Source: Limnochordales bacterium (GTDB lineage Bacteria > Bacillota > Limnochordia > Limnochordales > Geochordaceae). Taken from it: a stretch of DNA of 32,000 bases. Position numbers and translations under genes: made by a program. The notes beneath the pieces are model-generated. The model had not been told where the DNA came from, did no database searches, and saw only the letters and a list, made by a program, of their open reading frames with translations. Shown piece by piece: positions 1 through 8,154 of the stretch. How positions within the stretch are numbered: the first letter of the stretch is position 1; every line of letters starts with the position of its first letter. The stretch covers positions 1-32,000 of the forward strand of contig DATCKA010000068.1 of NCBI GenBank assembly GCA_036562495.1. The letters run 5' to 3'.

Positions 1-683
1 CGCTGCACGCTCTCGACCGCCAGGTCGTTGACAGCGCTCAACGACTGCCCCAGGCCCTCCTGGGTGCTGCGCAAGGCCTCGATGTCGGCCATGAGCTGCT
101 CCACGCGCCGGTTGAGCACGGAGCGGATGGCATCGAGGTCACCGCGCACGGCGGCCAGATCCACGTCGAGCCCGAGTTGCTGTTGCAGCTCCTCGGCGAC
201 GATAGCCGCGATGGCGTTGCGCACCTCGTCGTTCATCTCGAGCGACTGCTCGACCACGACGCGCTCCGTCACCTGCGGCTGCCGCTCCACCACGACCCGC
301 TCCACCGTCGTGGGCGACTGCGCCAGCTTCTCCTCCAGCATCTGGGTCACCCGGGCCATCACGCGCTGGGTGACGTCGGCCGCGACCTGCGCGGACAGAC
401 CCTGGAACTCACCGGCCACGTCCTGGCGGATGACGTTTTCGAGCCGGGTCAGCATGCGGGAGAAGACCATGGCAGCCTCGTAGCGGGTCAGCATCCGAGA
501 GCCGCCAAACGTGCCGTCGGGATACCCCTGGACCAATCCCGCGGCCGCCAGGTTGGCGATGGCCTCATAAGCCCAGTGCCCCTCGGGGACGTCGACGAAC
601 GGGCTCTCCGCCGCCAGCGCCGGGGGCACCATGAGCGCCAGCGCCACCATTGCGATCACGACCGCCAGGCCCTTGCGCCACAT
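1..683 (-). CDS. SLH-domain outer-membrane tether/porin candidate (OmpM/Slp-like); 5' part only, gene runs off the left edge
   Basis: Absent from the ORF track because it has no stop in the window. Manual minus-strand translation from ATG 683..681 gives MWRKGLAVVIAMVALALMVPPALAAESPFVDVPEGHWAYEAIANLAAAGLVQGYPDGTFGGSRMLTRYEAAMVFSRML... This is a signal peptide, then a textbook S-layer-homology domain, then heptad-rich helices (e.g. LDAIRSVLNRRVEQLMADIEALRSTQEGL). The frame stays open to position 1. A GGAGGGGG Shine-Dalgarno-like motif lies about 12 nt upstream. Confidence 0.8.
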   Translation of the reverse strand, partial: MWRKGLAVVIAMVALALMVPPALAAESPFVDVPEGHWAYEAIANLAAAGLVQGYPDGTFGGSRMLTRYEAAMVFSRMLTRLENVIRQDVAGEFQGLSAQVAADVTQRVMARVTQMLEEKLAQSPTTVERVVVERQPQVTERVVVEQSLEMNDEVRNAIAAIVAEELQQQLGLDVDLAAVRGDLDAIRSVLNRRVEQLMADIEALRSTQEGLGQSLSAVNDLAVESVQ

Positions 684-858
684 CGTAGAGCGTAACCCCC
701 TCCACAACGTCATCGACACCCACCGCCAAGACCGGACACGGCCCGTGACCGCGGCCGTCGAGGCCTGGCTCGGAGCCGGTCGCCTTCCGGGCTGTGTGGA
801 CGCATTCGCCGGGACCCACGGTTGTGGTTTGATTCTCTGGGCCGGCCACCAGGTCCTG

Positions 859-2205
859 CTACCCCGAACGGGGACTCCCAACTTTGCCAGCCTGCGATGC
901 GTCGGAGAGCGCCTCGACGTCCAGGCGGATGGAGAGCGGGCCCTCCGTGTTGTAGGTGTCGCGCTCCGCCCGGGCGACGACACGGGCGGGGCTCCCCAAC
1001 TGCCGGAGCTCCTCCACCACCCGCACGAACTCCTCCGCGCTCACCAACTTGCCCACGGTGCCGTCGGGTCCGGTCACCATGCCGCCGTACGCGATGGCCA
1101 GCTCGTTGGTGCGTCCCAAGAGCGCCAGGACCTGATCCTCGACGCGCTCCCGGGTCGGGTCGACGATGGCCTCCGCCACGACCTGCCCGGCCTGGTACGC
1201 GAGGCCCCTGGGAATCAGCTCGATCTGGACGACCACGGCCTCGCCCGCCAGGGTGTTGCCGTCAACCCTGGCCCGCACGACCCATGTGCCCTTGCCACCG
1301 GCAAGCGTGGCCAGGCTCTCGTCGAACTCGTCGGACCGAAGCCGTACGACGCTCCCCTGTGCTCCCTCCCCTCCCTGGGCCTGCTCCATGCGGGCCGACG
1401 CCACCGCCTCGACCCGCCGCAGGAATGCCAGCAGGCTCTCGCGCGCCCCCTCGGCCGTACCGTCGGACGTGATCACCTCGGACAGGATGATCTCGCCGTG
1501 CCGGTAGACGAGGCTGCCGTAGTGCAGCCGCTGGGCCGTCCCCCACAGCGCGATGATGGCGTCGCTCAGCTCCTGCTCGGTGCGACGCAACGATGCCACC
1601 TGCTGTTCGAGGTCCTGCACCCGCGCGGCCAGGGTCTCGCCCAGCTCTTGCAGTTGCTGCACCCGCGCCACCTGGAAGGCGAGGTCCTGCCGGGTCTTCT
1701 CCAGGCGCTGCTGGGTCTGGGCCAGCTCCTGGCGGGCGGAGGCGAGGTCCTCTTGGACCTGATCGAGCAGGGTCTGCGCCTGCTTTAGCTCGGCCTCCGC
1801 CCGGGCCCGCTCCTGCATCGCCGCGTCTCGTTGGGCCTCGGCCTCGTCCCGGGCGGCGGTCGCCTCTGCCAGCGCCCGCTGCCGCCGGTCGAGCTCCTGC
1901 TGGAGCGCCTCCAGCTGTCGGCGGTTTTCGGCCAGCACCGCGTGGATCTCGTCGATGCGAAAGAGGGCCAGGCGCACCTCGTTGGAGGCGGCCATCAGCA
2001 TCCCCAGGGACACGGCGGCGATGACGACGCCCGTCAGGACCGTGATCACCACCGAGGTGTGGCGAGGCCGCAACCCGAAGAGGGTCAGCCGCCTCCGGCC
2101 CACCCGCATGCCGACCCGGTCCCCGATGAAGGCGATGAGCCCCGCCATCACCAGCAGGGCCCCGATCAACGCCACGCTGTAGATGGCCCGGCCCCCCTCG
2201 CCCAC
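859..2205 (-). CDS. DUF3084-like membrane-anchored coiled-coil protein (function unknown)
   Basis: 448-codon ORF with a GTG start at 2205. It has an N-terminal hydrophobic helix, then GDRVGMRVGRRRLTLFGLRPRHTSVVITVLTG and a second helix, as I remember for DUF3084. Residues ~90-215 form an uninterrupted Q/E/A/R/L heptad-rich helix, followed by a globular C-terminal half. The family call is from memory and was not searched. Confidence 0.6.
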   Translation of the reverse strand: MGEGGRAIYSVALIGALLVMAGLIAFIGDRVGMRVGRRRLTLFGLRPRHTSVVITVLTGVVIAAVSLGMLMAASNEVRLALFRIDEIHAVLAENRRQLEALQQELDRRQRALAEATAARDEAEAQRDAAMQERARAEAELKQAQTLLDQVQEDLASARQELAQTQQRLEKTRQDLAFQVARVQQLQELGETLAARVQDLEQQVASLRRTEQELSDAIIALWGTAQRLHYGSLVYRHGEIILSEVITSDGTAEGARESLLAFLRRVEAVASARMEQAQGGEGAQGSVVRLRSDEFDESLATLAGGKGTWVVRARVDGNTLAGEAVVVQIELIPRGLAYQAGQVVAEAIVDPTRERVEDQVLALLGRTNELAIAYGGMVTGPDGTVGKLVSAEEFVRVVEELRQLGSPARVVARAERDTYNTEGPLSIRLDVEALSDASQAGKVGSPRSG

Positions 2206-2259
2206 GCGGCGTACCGACGCGCCCGCCTCGCCGGTCGCCTCTACACCTATTCGTTCGGA

Positions 2260-3018
2260 CTACAGCGAAAAGGTTTCACCCAGGTAGTAGCGCCGCGCCA
2301 CCGCATCACGGGCCACCTCCTGCGAAGGGCCCTCCACCAGGATCCGGCCCTGGTGGATGATGTAGGCCCGGTCCGTGATGGCCAGCGTCTCCCGCACGTT
2401 GTGATCCGTGATCAGCACGGCCATCCCCTGCCCCACCAGGGCCCGCACGATCTGTTGCAGATCGGCCACGGAGATGGGGTCGACCCCGGTGAAGGGCTCG
2501 TCCAGCAGCAAGAGCCGCGGCTCGAGCGCCATGGCCCTGGCGATCTCCGCCCGGCGCCGTTCCCCGCCCGAGAGGGTGTCGGCCCGCGCTCCACGCAGCT
2601 CCGCCAGCCCAAACCGCTCCAGCGCTTCCAGCGCCCGGCGCCGCCGCTCGGACGGGCCCCATCCCTTGAGCTCCAGGACCGCCTCGACGTTTTGCTGCAC
2701 CGTCATGCGCCGAAAGATGGACGGCTCCTGGGCCAGGTAGGCCAGCCCGAGACGGCACCGTCGGTAGACGGGCAACCCGGTGATGTCACGGCCGTCCAGC
2801 AGGATCTGCCCGCCGTCGGGCCGCACCAGCCCCACCACCAGATAGAAGGTCGTGGTCTTGCCTGCGCCGTTGGGCCCCAGCAGCCCCACGACCTCCCCCG
2901 GTCGCACCTCGAGGCTGACGCCGTCGACGACGGCCCGTCCCCCGTAGCGCTTGACCAGCTGGCGCGCCTCCAGCAGCGGACGTCCTGCTGCGGCGGGCCG
3001 GGTCGCCGGGGCGTTCAC
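2260..3018 (-). CDS. lptB: LPS export ABC transporter ATP-binding protein LptB
   Basis: Soluble 252-aa ABC ATPase with Walker A GPNGAGKTT, signature LSGGERRR, Walker B LLLLDEPF and H-loop ITDHN. The LptB-type C-terminus reads ARRYYLGETFSL. I chose the GTG start at 3018, which overlaps the upstream TGA stop (GTGA). The upstream 155 codons of the track ORF are Arg/Gly/Pro junk that overlaps the epimerase gene. Confidence 0.85.
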   Translation of the reverse strand: MNAPATRPAAAGRPLLEARQLVKRYGGRAVVDGVSLEVRPGEVVGLLGPNGAGKTTTFYLVVGLVRPDGGQILLDGRDITGLPVYRRCRLGLAYLAQEPSIFRRMTVQQNVEAVLELKGWGPSERRRRALEALERFGLAELRGARADTLSGGERRRAEIARAMALEPRLLLLDEPFTGVDPISVADLQQIVRALVGQGMAVLITDHNVRETLAITDRAYIIHQGRILVEGPSQEVARDAVARRYYLGETFSL

Positions 3019-3998
3019 GATGCCTCGCGGCGGCTCATGGCTCCGAGCGTCCGCCGCAGCCCCTCCTCCAACCCGACGGACGCCCGCCACCCCAGCCCGT
3101 CGGCGGCCTGGCGCACGTCGAGCCGGCTGTGGCGGATGTCGCCGGGGCGGGCCGGCTGGTGCTCCACCGGCAGGGGCCCCTGCCGGCCGGCCGCCCGCCA
3201 GATGGCCTCGGCCAGCTCCAGCACGCTGGTCTCCTGCCCCGTACCGACGTTGAGGATGCGGCCGGCCGCCGCATCGAGCGTCATGGCCCGCAGGGTGGCC
3301 TCGGCGACGTCCCCGACGTAGACGAAGTCCCGGGTCTGCAGCCCGTCGCCGTGTACGGGTAGCGCTCCCTCGCCCCGCACCACCCGATCCGCGAAGACGG
3401 CCACCACCCCTGCCTCGCCTTGGGCGTCCTGCCGGGGCCCGTAGACGTTGGCGTAGCGCAGCACGACCCAGCCCGCCCCCCACGCCTCCGCCAGCACCCG
3501 CACGTAATGCTCGCCAGCCAGCTTGGAGATGCCGTAGGGCGAGAGAGGGCGCGTCGGGTGTCCCTCGTCGATGGGCAGGTAGGCCGGTGCACCGTACACG
3601 GCTGCCGACGAGGCGAAGATCACGCGCCGCACGCCGGCCTCCCGGCTGGCCAGCAGGATGGCGATCGTGCCGACCACGTTGACGTCGGCATCCAGGACGG
3701 GATCCCCGACGCTGCGCGCCACGCTCACCTGCGCGGCGAGGTGCGCCACCGCGTGGGGCCGAAACCGCACGACGAAGTCACGTGCCTGCGGCGAGCGCAC
3801 GTCCGCGGCGACGAGCTCCGCCTCGGGCGGCACGCGGCTAGCGGACCCCGACGAGAGGTCGTCGACGACCCCGACCCGCCACCCCTCCGCCACCAGGGCC
3901 TCCACCAGGTGCGAGCCGATGAAGCCGGCGCCACCGGTCACCACGGCCCGTGGCCGGCTCCCTCGTCCCATCTCCGACGAGTCGGGCGTCACCCCCAC
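3015..3998 (-). CDS. NAD-dependent sugar-nucleotide epimerase/dehydratase (extended SDR, GalE-like)
   Basis: Rossmann motif VVTGGAGFIGSHL, catalytic YGISK (YxxxK), and GDGLQTRDFVYVGD typical of UDP-hexose 4-epimerase-like SDRs. The GTG start at 3998 is preceded by GAGG with ~6 nt spacing. An alternative ATG lies at 3971. Substrate cannot be told from sequence alone. Confidence 0.8.
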   Translation of the reverse strand: MGVTPDSSEMGRGSRPRAVVTGGAGFIGSHLVEALVAEGWRVGVVDDLSSGSASRVPPEAELVAADVRSPQARDFVVRFRPHAVAHLAAQVSVARSVGDPVLDADVNVVGTIAILLASREAGVRRVIFASSAAVYGAPAYLPIDEGHPTRPLSPYGISKLAGEHYVRVLAEAWGAGWVVLRYANVYGPRQDAQGEAGVVAVFADRVVRGEGALPVHGDGLQTRDFVYVGDVAEATLRAMTLDAAAGRILNVGTGQETSVLELAEAIWRAAGRQGPLPVEHQPARPGDIRHSRLDVRQAADGLGWRASVGLEEGLRRTLGAMSRREAS

Positions 3999-4007
3999 CC
4001 CCCAACC

Positions 4008-5753
4008 TCAGGCCGGGACCGCCTGCAGCCGGTACAGCTTGGCGTACCGACCGCCCAGCCGCATCAGCTCCTCGTGGGTGCCGGTCTCCACGATCCGGCC
4101 TCCGTCCATGACCACGATCAGGTCGGCCCGGGCGATGGTCGAGAGGCGGTGCGCCACGATGAAGGTGGTGCGTCCCTCCATCAGGCGCGCCAGCGCCTCC
4201 TGCACCAGGGCCTCCGACTCGGCATCCAGGGCGCTGGTGGCCTCGTCCAGGATCAGCACCCGGGGATTGCGCAACATGGCCCGCGCGATGGCCAGCCTCT
4301 GTCGCTCCCCGCCCGAGAGCCCCGCGCCCAGATCGCCCAGCAGCGTGTCGTACCCCTTGGGCAAGCGCTCGATGAAGGCGGCGGCATTGGCCATCCGGGC
4401 CGCCTCCTCGATCTGTTTCCGGCTCGCCCCCGGGCAGCCGACCGCGATGTTTTCGGCGATGGTCAGGCGAAAGAGCACCGTCTCCTGCGGCACCACCGCC
4501 ACCAGCCGCCGAAGGGAGCTGAGGCGGATGGTGCGCAGGTCGCGCCCGTCCAACGTCACATAGCCCTCGGTCGGGTCGAAGAAGCGCGGCAGCAGGCTCA
4601 CCAGGGTGGTCTTGCCCGCGCCGCTGGGCCCGACGATGGCCACCACCTGCCCCGGCTCCACCTCCAGGTCGATGTCGTGCAGGGACTCGACCTCGGCATC
4701 CTCGTAGCGGAAGCTGACCCCGTGGAAGCCCACCGCTCCCCGCACCTGGTGTGGGCTCAGATCCACGGCGCCCGGGAGATCCGGCGCCTCGGGCGCCTGC
4801 CGCAGGATCTCGGCAGCCCGGTCGGCCGCGGCCACGCCCTGCTGCAACTGGGTGTAGATGCGTCCGATGCTGGCCACGGGGCCGCTCACCAGCCCCAGGT
4901 AGGAGAGGAAGGCGACCAGCTCCCCCGTGGTCAGATGACCGCTGACCACGTCGAGCACCCCGACGTAGACCACCGTCGCCATCGAGGCCAGCATCAACAA
5001 CTCTACCACGGGGAAGGCCGTCGCCATCATCTGTACGGACTTCATGGCGGCGTTGAAGTGCTGCTCGTTGGAGAGCCGGAACCGCTGACGCTGCTGCTCT
5101 TCCAGGGTGAAGGCCTTGACCACCCGGATGGCGCTGAGGCTCTCGTGGAGGATGCCCGCCACGTCGGCCACCTTCTCCTGCGCCTCGCGGGTGTAGCGGC
5201 GGATGAGCCGACCGTACGCCTCGACCGCCAGCCCCGCCAGGGGCAGCACGAGGAAGGCGACCAGCGCGAGCCGCCACCGCACGTAGAAGACCACCGCGGT
5301 GGTGCCCAACAGCAACGCGAGGTTTTGCACCAGGTCCGACAGGCCCGGTGTCAGGGCGCTCTGGATCAGGGTCAGGTCCGAGGTGATGCGCGAGACCTGC
5401 TCGCCCACGCGCCGGCGCTGCAGGTAGCCGACCGACAGGCGCTGCAGGTGATCGTGCAGGCGCGCCCGCAAGTCTGCCACCGCCCGCTGCCCGGCGTAAG
5501 CCATCAGGTAGGTGGCGCCAAACTGGGCCACCCCCTTGACCACGTAGATGAGCGCCGTCAGCAGCAGGACGGTGCGGAGCTCCTGCAGGTCCCTGGTGCC
5601 CAGCACCTGGTCGAAGAGGCCCCTTCCCACCACCAGGGGGAGGACCAGGGTGCCTGCCACCGTCAACAACAGGCAAAGGGTCCCGCCTATGAGGGGCACG
5701 CTATGGCGGCGGATCTCCCCCCACAAGAGCCTTCCGCCGGTCAGCGCCCTCAC
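4008..5753 (-). CDS. msbA: Lipid A/LPS flippase-type ABC exporter, fused TMD-NBD (MsbA-like)
   Basis: 581 aa from GTG 5753, which forms a GTGA overlap with the upstream stop. The N-terminal half is a six-helix ABC-exporter domain. The NBD has Walker A GPSGAGKTT, signature LSGGERQR, Walker B VLILDEATSALD and H-loop VAHRLST. The msbA assignment rests on type-I exporter architecture plus the position directly after the lpx genes. Confidence 0.8.
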   Translation of the reverse strand: MRALTGGRLLWGEIRRHSVPLIGGTLCLLLTVAGTLVLPLVVGRGLFDQVLGTRDLQELRTVLLLTALIYVVKGVAQFGATYLMAYAGQRAVADLRARLHDHLQRLSVGYLQRRRVGEQVSRITSDLTLIQSALTPGLSDLVQNLALLLGTTAVVFYVRWRLALVAFLVLPLAGLAVEAYGRLIRRYTREAQEKVADVAGILHESLSAIRVVKAFTLEEQQRQRFRLSNEQHFNAAMKSVQMMATAFPVVELLMLASMATVVYVGVLDVVSGHLTTGELVAFLSYLGLVSGPVASIGRIYTQLQQGVAAADRAAEILRQAPEAPDLPGAVDLSPHQVRGAVGFHGVSFRYEDAEVESLHDIDLEVEPGQVVAIVGPSGAGKTTLVSLLPRFFDPTEGYVTLDGRDLRTIRLSSLRRLVAVVPQETVLFRLTIAENIAVGCPGASRKQIEEAARMANAAAFIERLPKGYDTLLGDLGAGLSGGERQRLAIARAMLRNPRVLILDEATSALDAESEALVQEALARLMEGRTTFIVAHRLSTIARADLIVVMDGGRIVETGTHEELMRLGGRYAKLYRLQAVPA

Positions 5754-6979
5754 GAGGCCATCGCCTCCGAAAGGCCCAGCCGAGCCCAGACGCGGTCCAC
5801 GATGCGGGCGGCCGCGCCTTTCGGCCCCATGGCCTGGCGCAGCGCCACCCCCACGGCGCGCCGCCTGGCCTCGTCCTGGAGCAGCGCCACTGCCTGCACG
5901 GCGATGGCCTCGGGGCCTATCTCCCCCACCAGCTCCGGTCCGATGGCACGACCCGCCCGCCGCGACGGGATGGCGAGGGGCCCCACCCGGTGAGCCACGC
6001 GCCGCACGAAGGCCGCTTTGAGCCGCGGCCCCACCCCGGGCAGGTCGCCCAGGCGACCGATCAGCCCCTCCAGCGGGATCAGATCGGGGCGATGCAATGG
6101 CAATACCGTGATCGTAGGTACCCCCAATGCTCCCAGCTCGGCCGTCACCGTGCCGGGCACTGTGATGGCGACGTCGCACCGTGCCATGGCGGCTCCCCGG
6201 GCAGCGCCGTCCCATCCGTCCTCCCGGACCCACTCGACGGCGCGCGCCTCCTCGTCGGGCACGGCGCCGAGCGCCTGCTCGAGAGCCGTCTGCGAGGCGA
6301 AGGGCGAGACCACCGCCACGACGCGGATGGGTCGGCCCAGGCGCCTCCGAATGATGGCCGCCGCTTCGATAAACATGGGCAGGACCCAGCGTATCTCAAA
6401 GTCCCGGCTGCCCGCAAACAGGCCCACCGTGACAGACCCATCCGCGACGGGCTCCGGGGCCCGGGACGATCTGGCAGCCACCGCGTCCACCACGAGGTCG
6501 CCGACCACCTCGACGCGCTGCGCCGGCGCGCCCATCTGCATCGCCTTGCGCGCGGCGGCCTCGTTGGGCACGAAGAAGCGCTCGTAAGCCCACAGCCACC
6601 GTGCCCGTCCCTCCGTGTAGGCCATGGCGGCGTAGCCCAACCGTCGCGCCACCCATGCCGCGTAAAAGAGATCTCCGCCCAGGAAGAGCACCAGGCCGCG
6701 CCGGGCCGGTCTGTAGCCTGCCGGCCACCGGCCCCGCAGGAGGACGGCCCACATGTCGTCGGGCCCGTAGAGGCCGTCCCAGGGGCCCAGCGCCTCCAGG
6801 GCCGGGAGCTCTCGACCCGAGGCGAAGTTGCAGGGAGGCGCCCAGGCGATCAGCCTCAGCCCTGGGATCGGTCGCTCTTGGAGGCGCCGACGAATCTCCG
6901 TCACCACCGGGAAGAGCCAGCCCGCGATCTCGCCCGGCCCGTTGGCCGTCAGGATGAGGTCGACGGGCTCGGCGCTCAT
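5750..6979 (-). CDS. LpxB-like GT-B glycosyltransferase (lipid-A-disaccharide synthase-related protein, function unknown)
   Basis: 409 aa from ATG 6979, which forms an ATGA overlap with the lpxB stop. N-terminal LILTANGPGEIAG parallels LpxB VMMVAGEASGDGYG. C-terminal ARCDVAITVPGTVTAELGALGVPTITV parallels LpxB AADLAVVCSGTATLQTALWQVPMVVV in the adjacent gene. It is otherwise diverged. The upstream 222 codons of the track ORF are an out-of-frame overlap with lpxB. Confidence 0.55.
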   Translation of the reverse strand: MSAEPVDLILTANGPGEIAGWLFPVVTEIRRRLQERPIPGLRLIAWAPPCNFASGRELPALEALGPWDGLYGPDDMWAVLLRGRWPAGYRPARRGLVLFLGGDLFYAAWVARRLGYAAMAYTEGRARWLWAYERFFVPNEAAARKAMQMGAPAQRVEVVGDLVVDAVAARSSRAPEPVADGSVTVGLFAGSRDFEIRWVLPMFIEAAAIIRRRLGRPIRVVAVVSPFASQTALEQALGAVPDEEARAVEWVREDGWDGAARGAAMARCDVAITVPGTVTAELGALGVPTITVLPLHRPDLIPLEGLIGRLGDLPGVGPRLKAAFVRRVAHRVGPLAIPSRRAGRAIGPELVGEIGPEAIAVQAVALLQDEARRRAVGVALRQAMGPKGAAARIVDRVWARLGLSEAMAS

Positions 6980-8154
6980 CCTGCAGCCACCTCCAGCACC
7001 AGGCGGGCCGCGCGGGCGGTCGCTCCGGGACTGCCGAGGCGGGCCCGGACCGCCTCGAGGTCCTGACGCTCCCGCTCCAGCCGCTCCGGTGACTGGAGCC
7101 TCTCCAGCACCGCCTGTGCGACGCGCTCGGGCCGGGCGTCGTGCTGGACCAGCTCTTCCACCAGGCGACGCTGAGCTATGATGTTGGGCAACGCGATGTG
7201 AGGTACCCTGACGAGGCGCCGCGCCAGCAGGTAGCTGGGCTCCGACACCCGATAGACCACGACCATGGGCACCTGCCACAACGCGGTCTGCAGCGTGGCC
7301 GTACCCGAACAGACCACCGCGAGGTCCGCGGCCGACAGCGCCTGCCAGATGCCCCCGCCCACCAGCCGGATGCCCGCCTCCCGGTGAGCGCTGCCTCCCC
7401 TGGCCTCCAGCAGGCGGGGGTCGATGCCGGGCGCGACCGAGGCCACGAAGCGCACGCCCGGTCGAGCCGCCCGCACCATCCGGGCCGCCTCGGCCATCAT
7501 GGGGTAGAGCTGCTGGATCTCCTGCATCCGGCTGCCCGGCAGCAGGGCCACCAGGCGCTCGCCCTCGCCGAGTCCCATTCGCCGGCGAGCCTCGTCCCTG
7601 GGAGGCCGGTCCGGCACGTCGTCCAGGATCGGGTGCCCCAGCCATGTGGCCCGGGCTCCGGCCTCACGGTACAGCGGCACTTCGAAGTCGAAGGCGCAGA
7701 TCACCTGCCGGGCGAACCCGGCCACCACCCGGGCACGCCCGGCCCCCCAGGCCCAGACCGCGGGGGCGATGTAGTAGACGACAGGGATCCCGAGTTCGGC
7801 CAGGGCCGGCCCGAGCCTCAGGTTGAAGCCGGGGAAGTCGATGAGCACCGCCACCGCTGGCCGAAAACGCCGGGCCGCCTCGACCAGCCGCCCCATCACG
7901 CGCCGCAACACCGGCAGCTGACGCAGCGACTCGGTGAAGCCCACGGCGCCCCGTCCCGTGGTGTCGTAGAGCAGGTGGACGCCACTCGCGCGCATGGCGC
8001 GGCCGCCCATGCCGAAGAGCCGCACCTCCGGCGCCTGGGCCTTGAGTTGCCTGGCCAGGGTGGCACCGTAGCCGTCGCCGGAGGCCTCGCCGGCCACCAT
8101 CATCACTCGCAGACGCTGTCGAGTCGGGGCCAGGCCCCCCTCAGAAGGCGACAA
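6976..8154 (-). CDS. lpxB: Lipid-A-disaccharide synthase LpxB
   Basis: Motifs VAGEASGDGYGATLARQLK, LIDFPGFNLRLG, YYIAPAVWAWGAGR, GHPILDD and SGTATLQ. The track start is TTG 8154, which overlaps lpxI by 14 nt. GTG 8106 or ATG 8103 (MMVAGEASGD) are alternative starts. Confidence 0.9.
   Translation of the reverse strand: MSPSEGGLAPTRQRLRVMMVAGEASGDGYGATLARQLKAQAPEVRLFGMGGRAMRASGVHLLYDTTGRGAVGFTESLRQLPVLRRVMGRLVEAARRFRPAVAVLIDFPGFNLRLGPALAELGIPVVYYIAPAVWAWGAGRARVVAGFARQVICAFDFEVPLYREAGARATWLGHPILDDVPDRPPRDEARRRMGLGEGERLVALLPGSRMQEIQQLYPMMAEAARMVRAARPGVRFVASVAPGIDPRLLEARGGSAHREAGIRLVGGGIWQALSAADLAVVCSGTATLQTALWQVPMVVVYRVSEPSYLLARRLVRVPHIALPNIIAQRRLVEELVQHDARPERVAQAVLERLQSPERLERERQDLEAVRARLGSPGATARAARLVLEVAAG

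Noticed and set aside
565-849. 94-aa minus-strand ORF spanning the largest intergenic gap.
   Set aside because: It runs across the SLH-gene start in another frame, has no motif or SD, and has a Gly/Pro-rich composition. It is more likely non-coding leader or promoter sequence.
3838-5676. Alternative-frame minus-strand ORFs: 612 aa here, plus 12273-13301, 17036-17947, 18901-19866, 20568-21401, 24433-26223 and 26275-27576.
   Set aside because: They are out of frame with well-supported genes (msbA, the ABC fusion, lptD, the OMP candidate, lpxD and tamB). Their composition is low-complexity Arg/Gly/Pro/Ala, so they are shadow ORFs.
3420-5993. Long plus-strand ORFs: 857 aa here, plus 631-1788, 1831-3321, 11105-12520, 22207-24186, 25038-26633 and 27578-29764.
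   Set aside because: All are antisense to minus-strand genes with unambiguous motifs. Their products are Arg/Pro/Gly/His/Asp-rich with no recognisable motifs or TM/signal logic. This is the expected absence of stop codons in the antisense frames of very GC-rich coding DNA.
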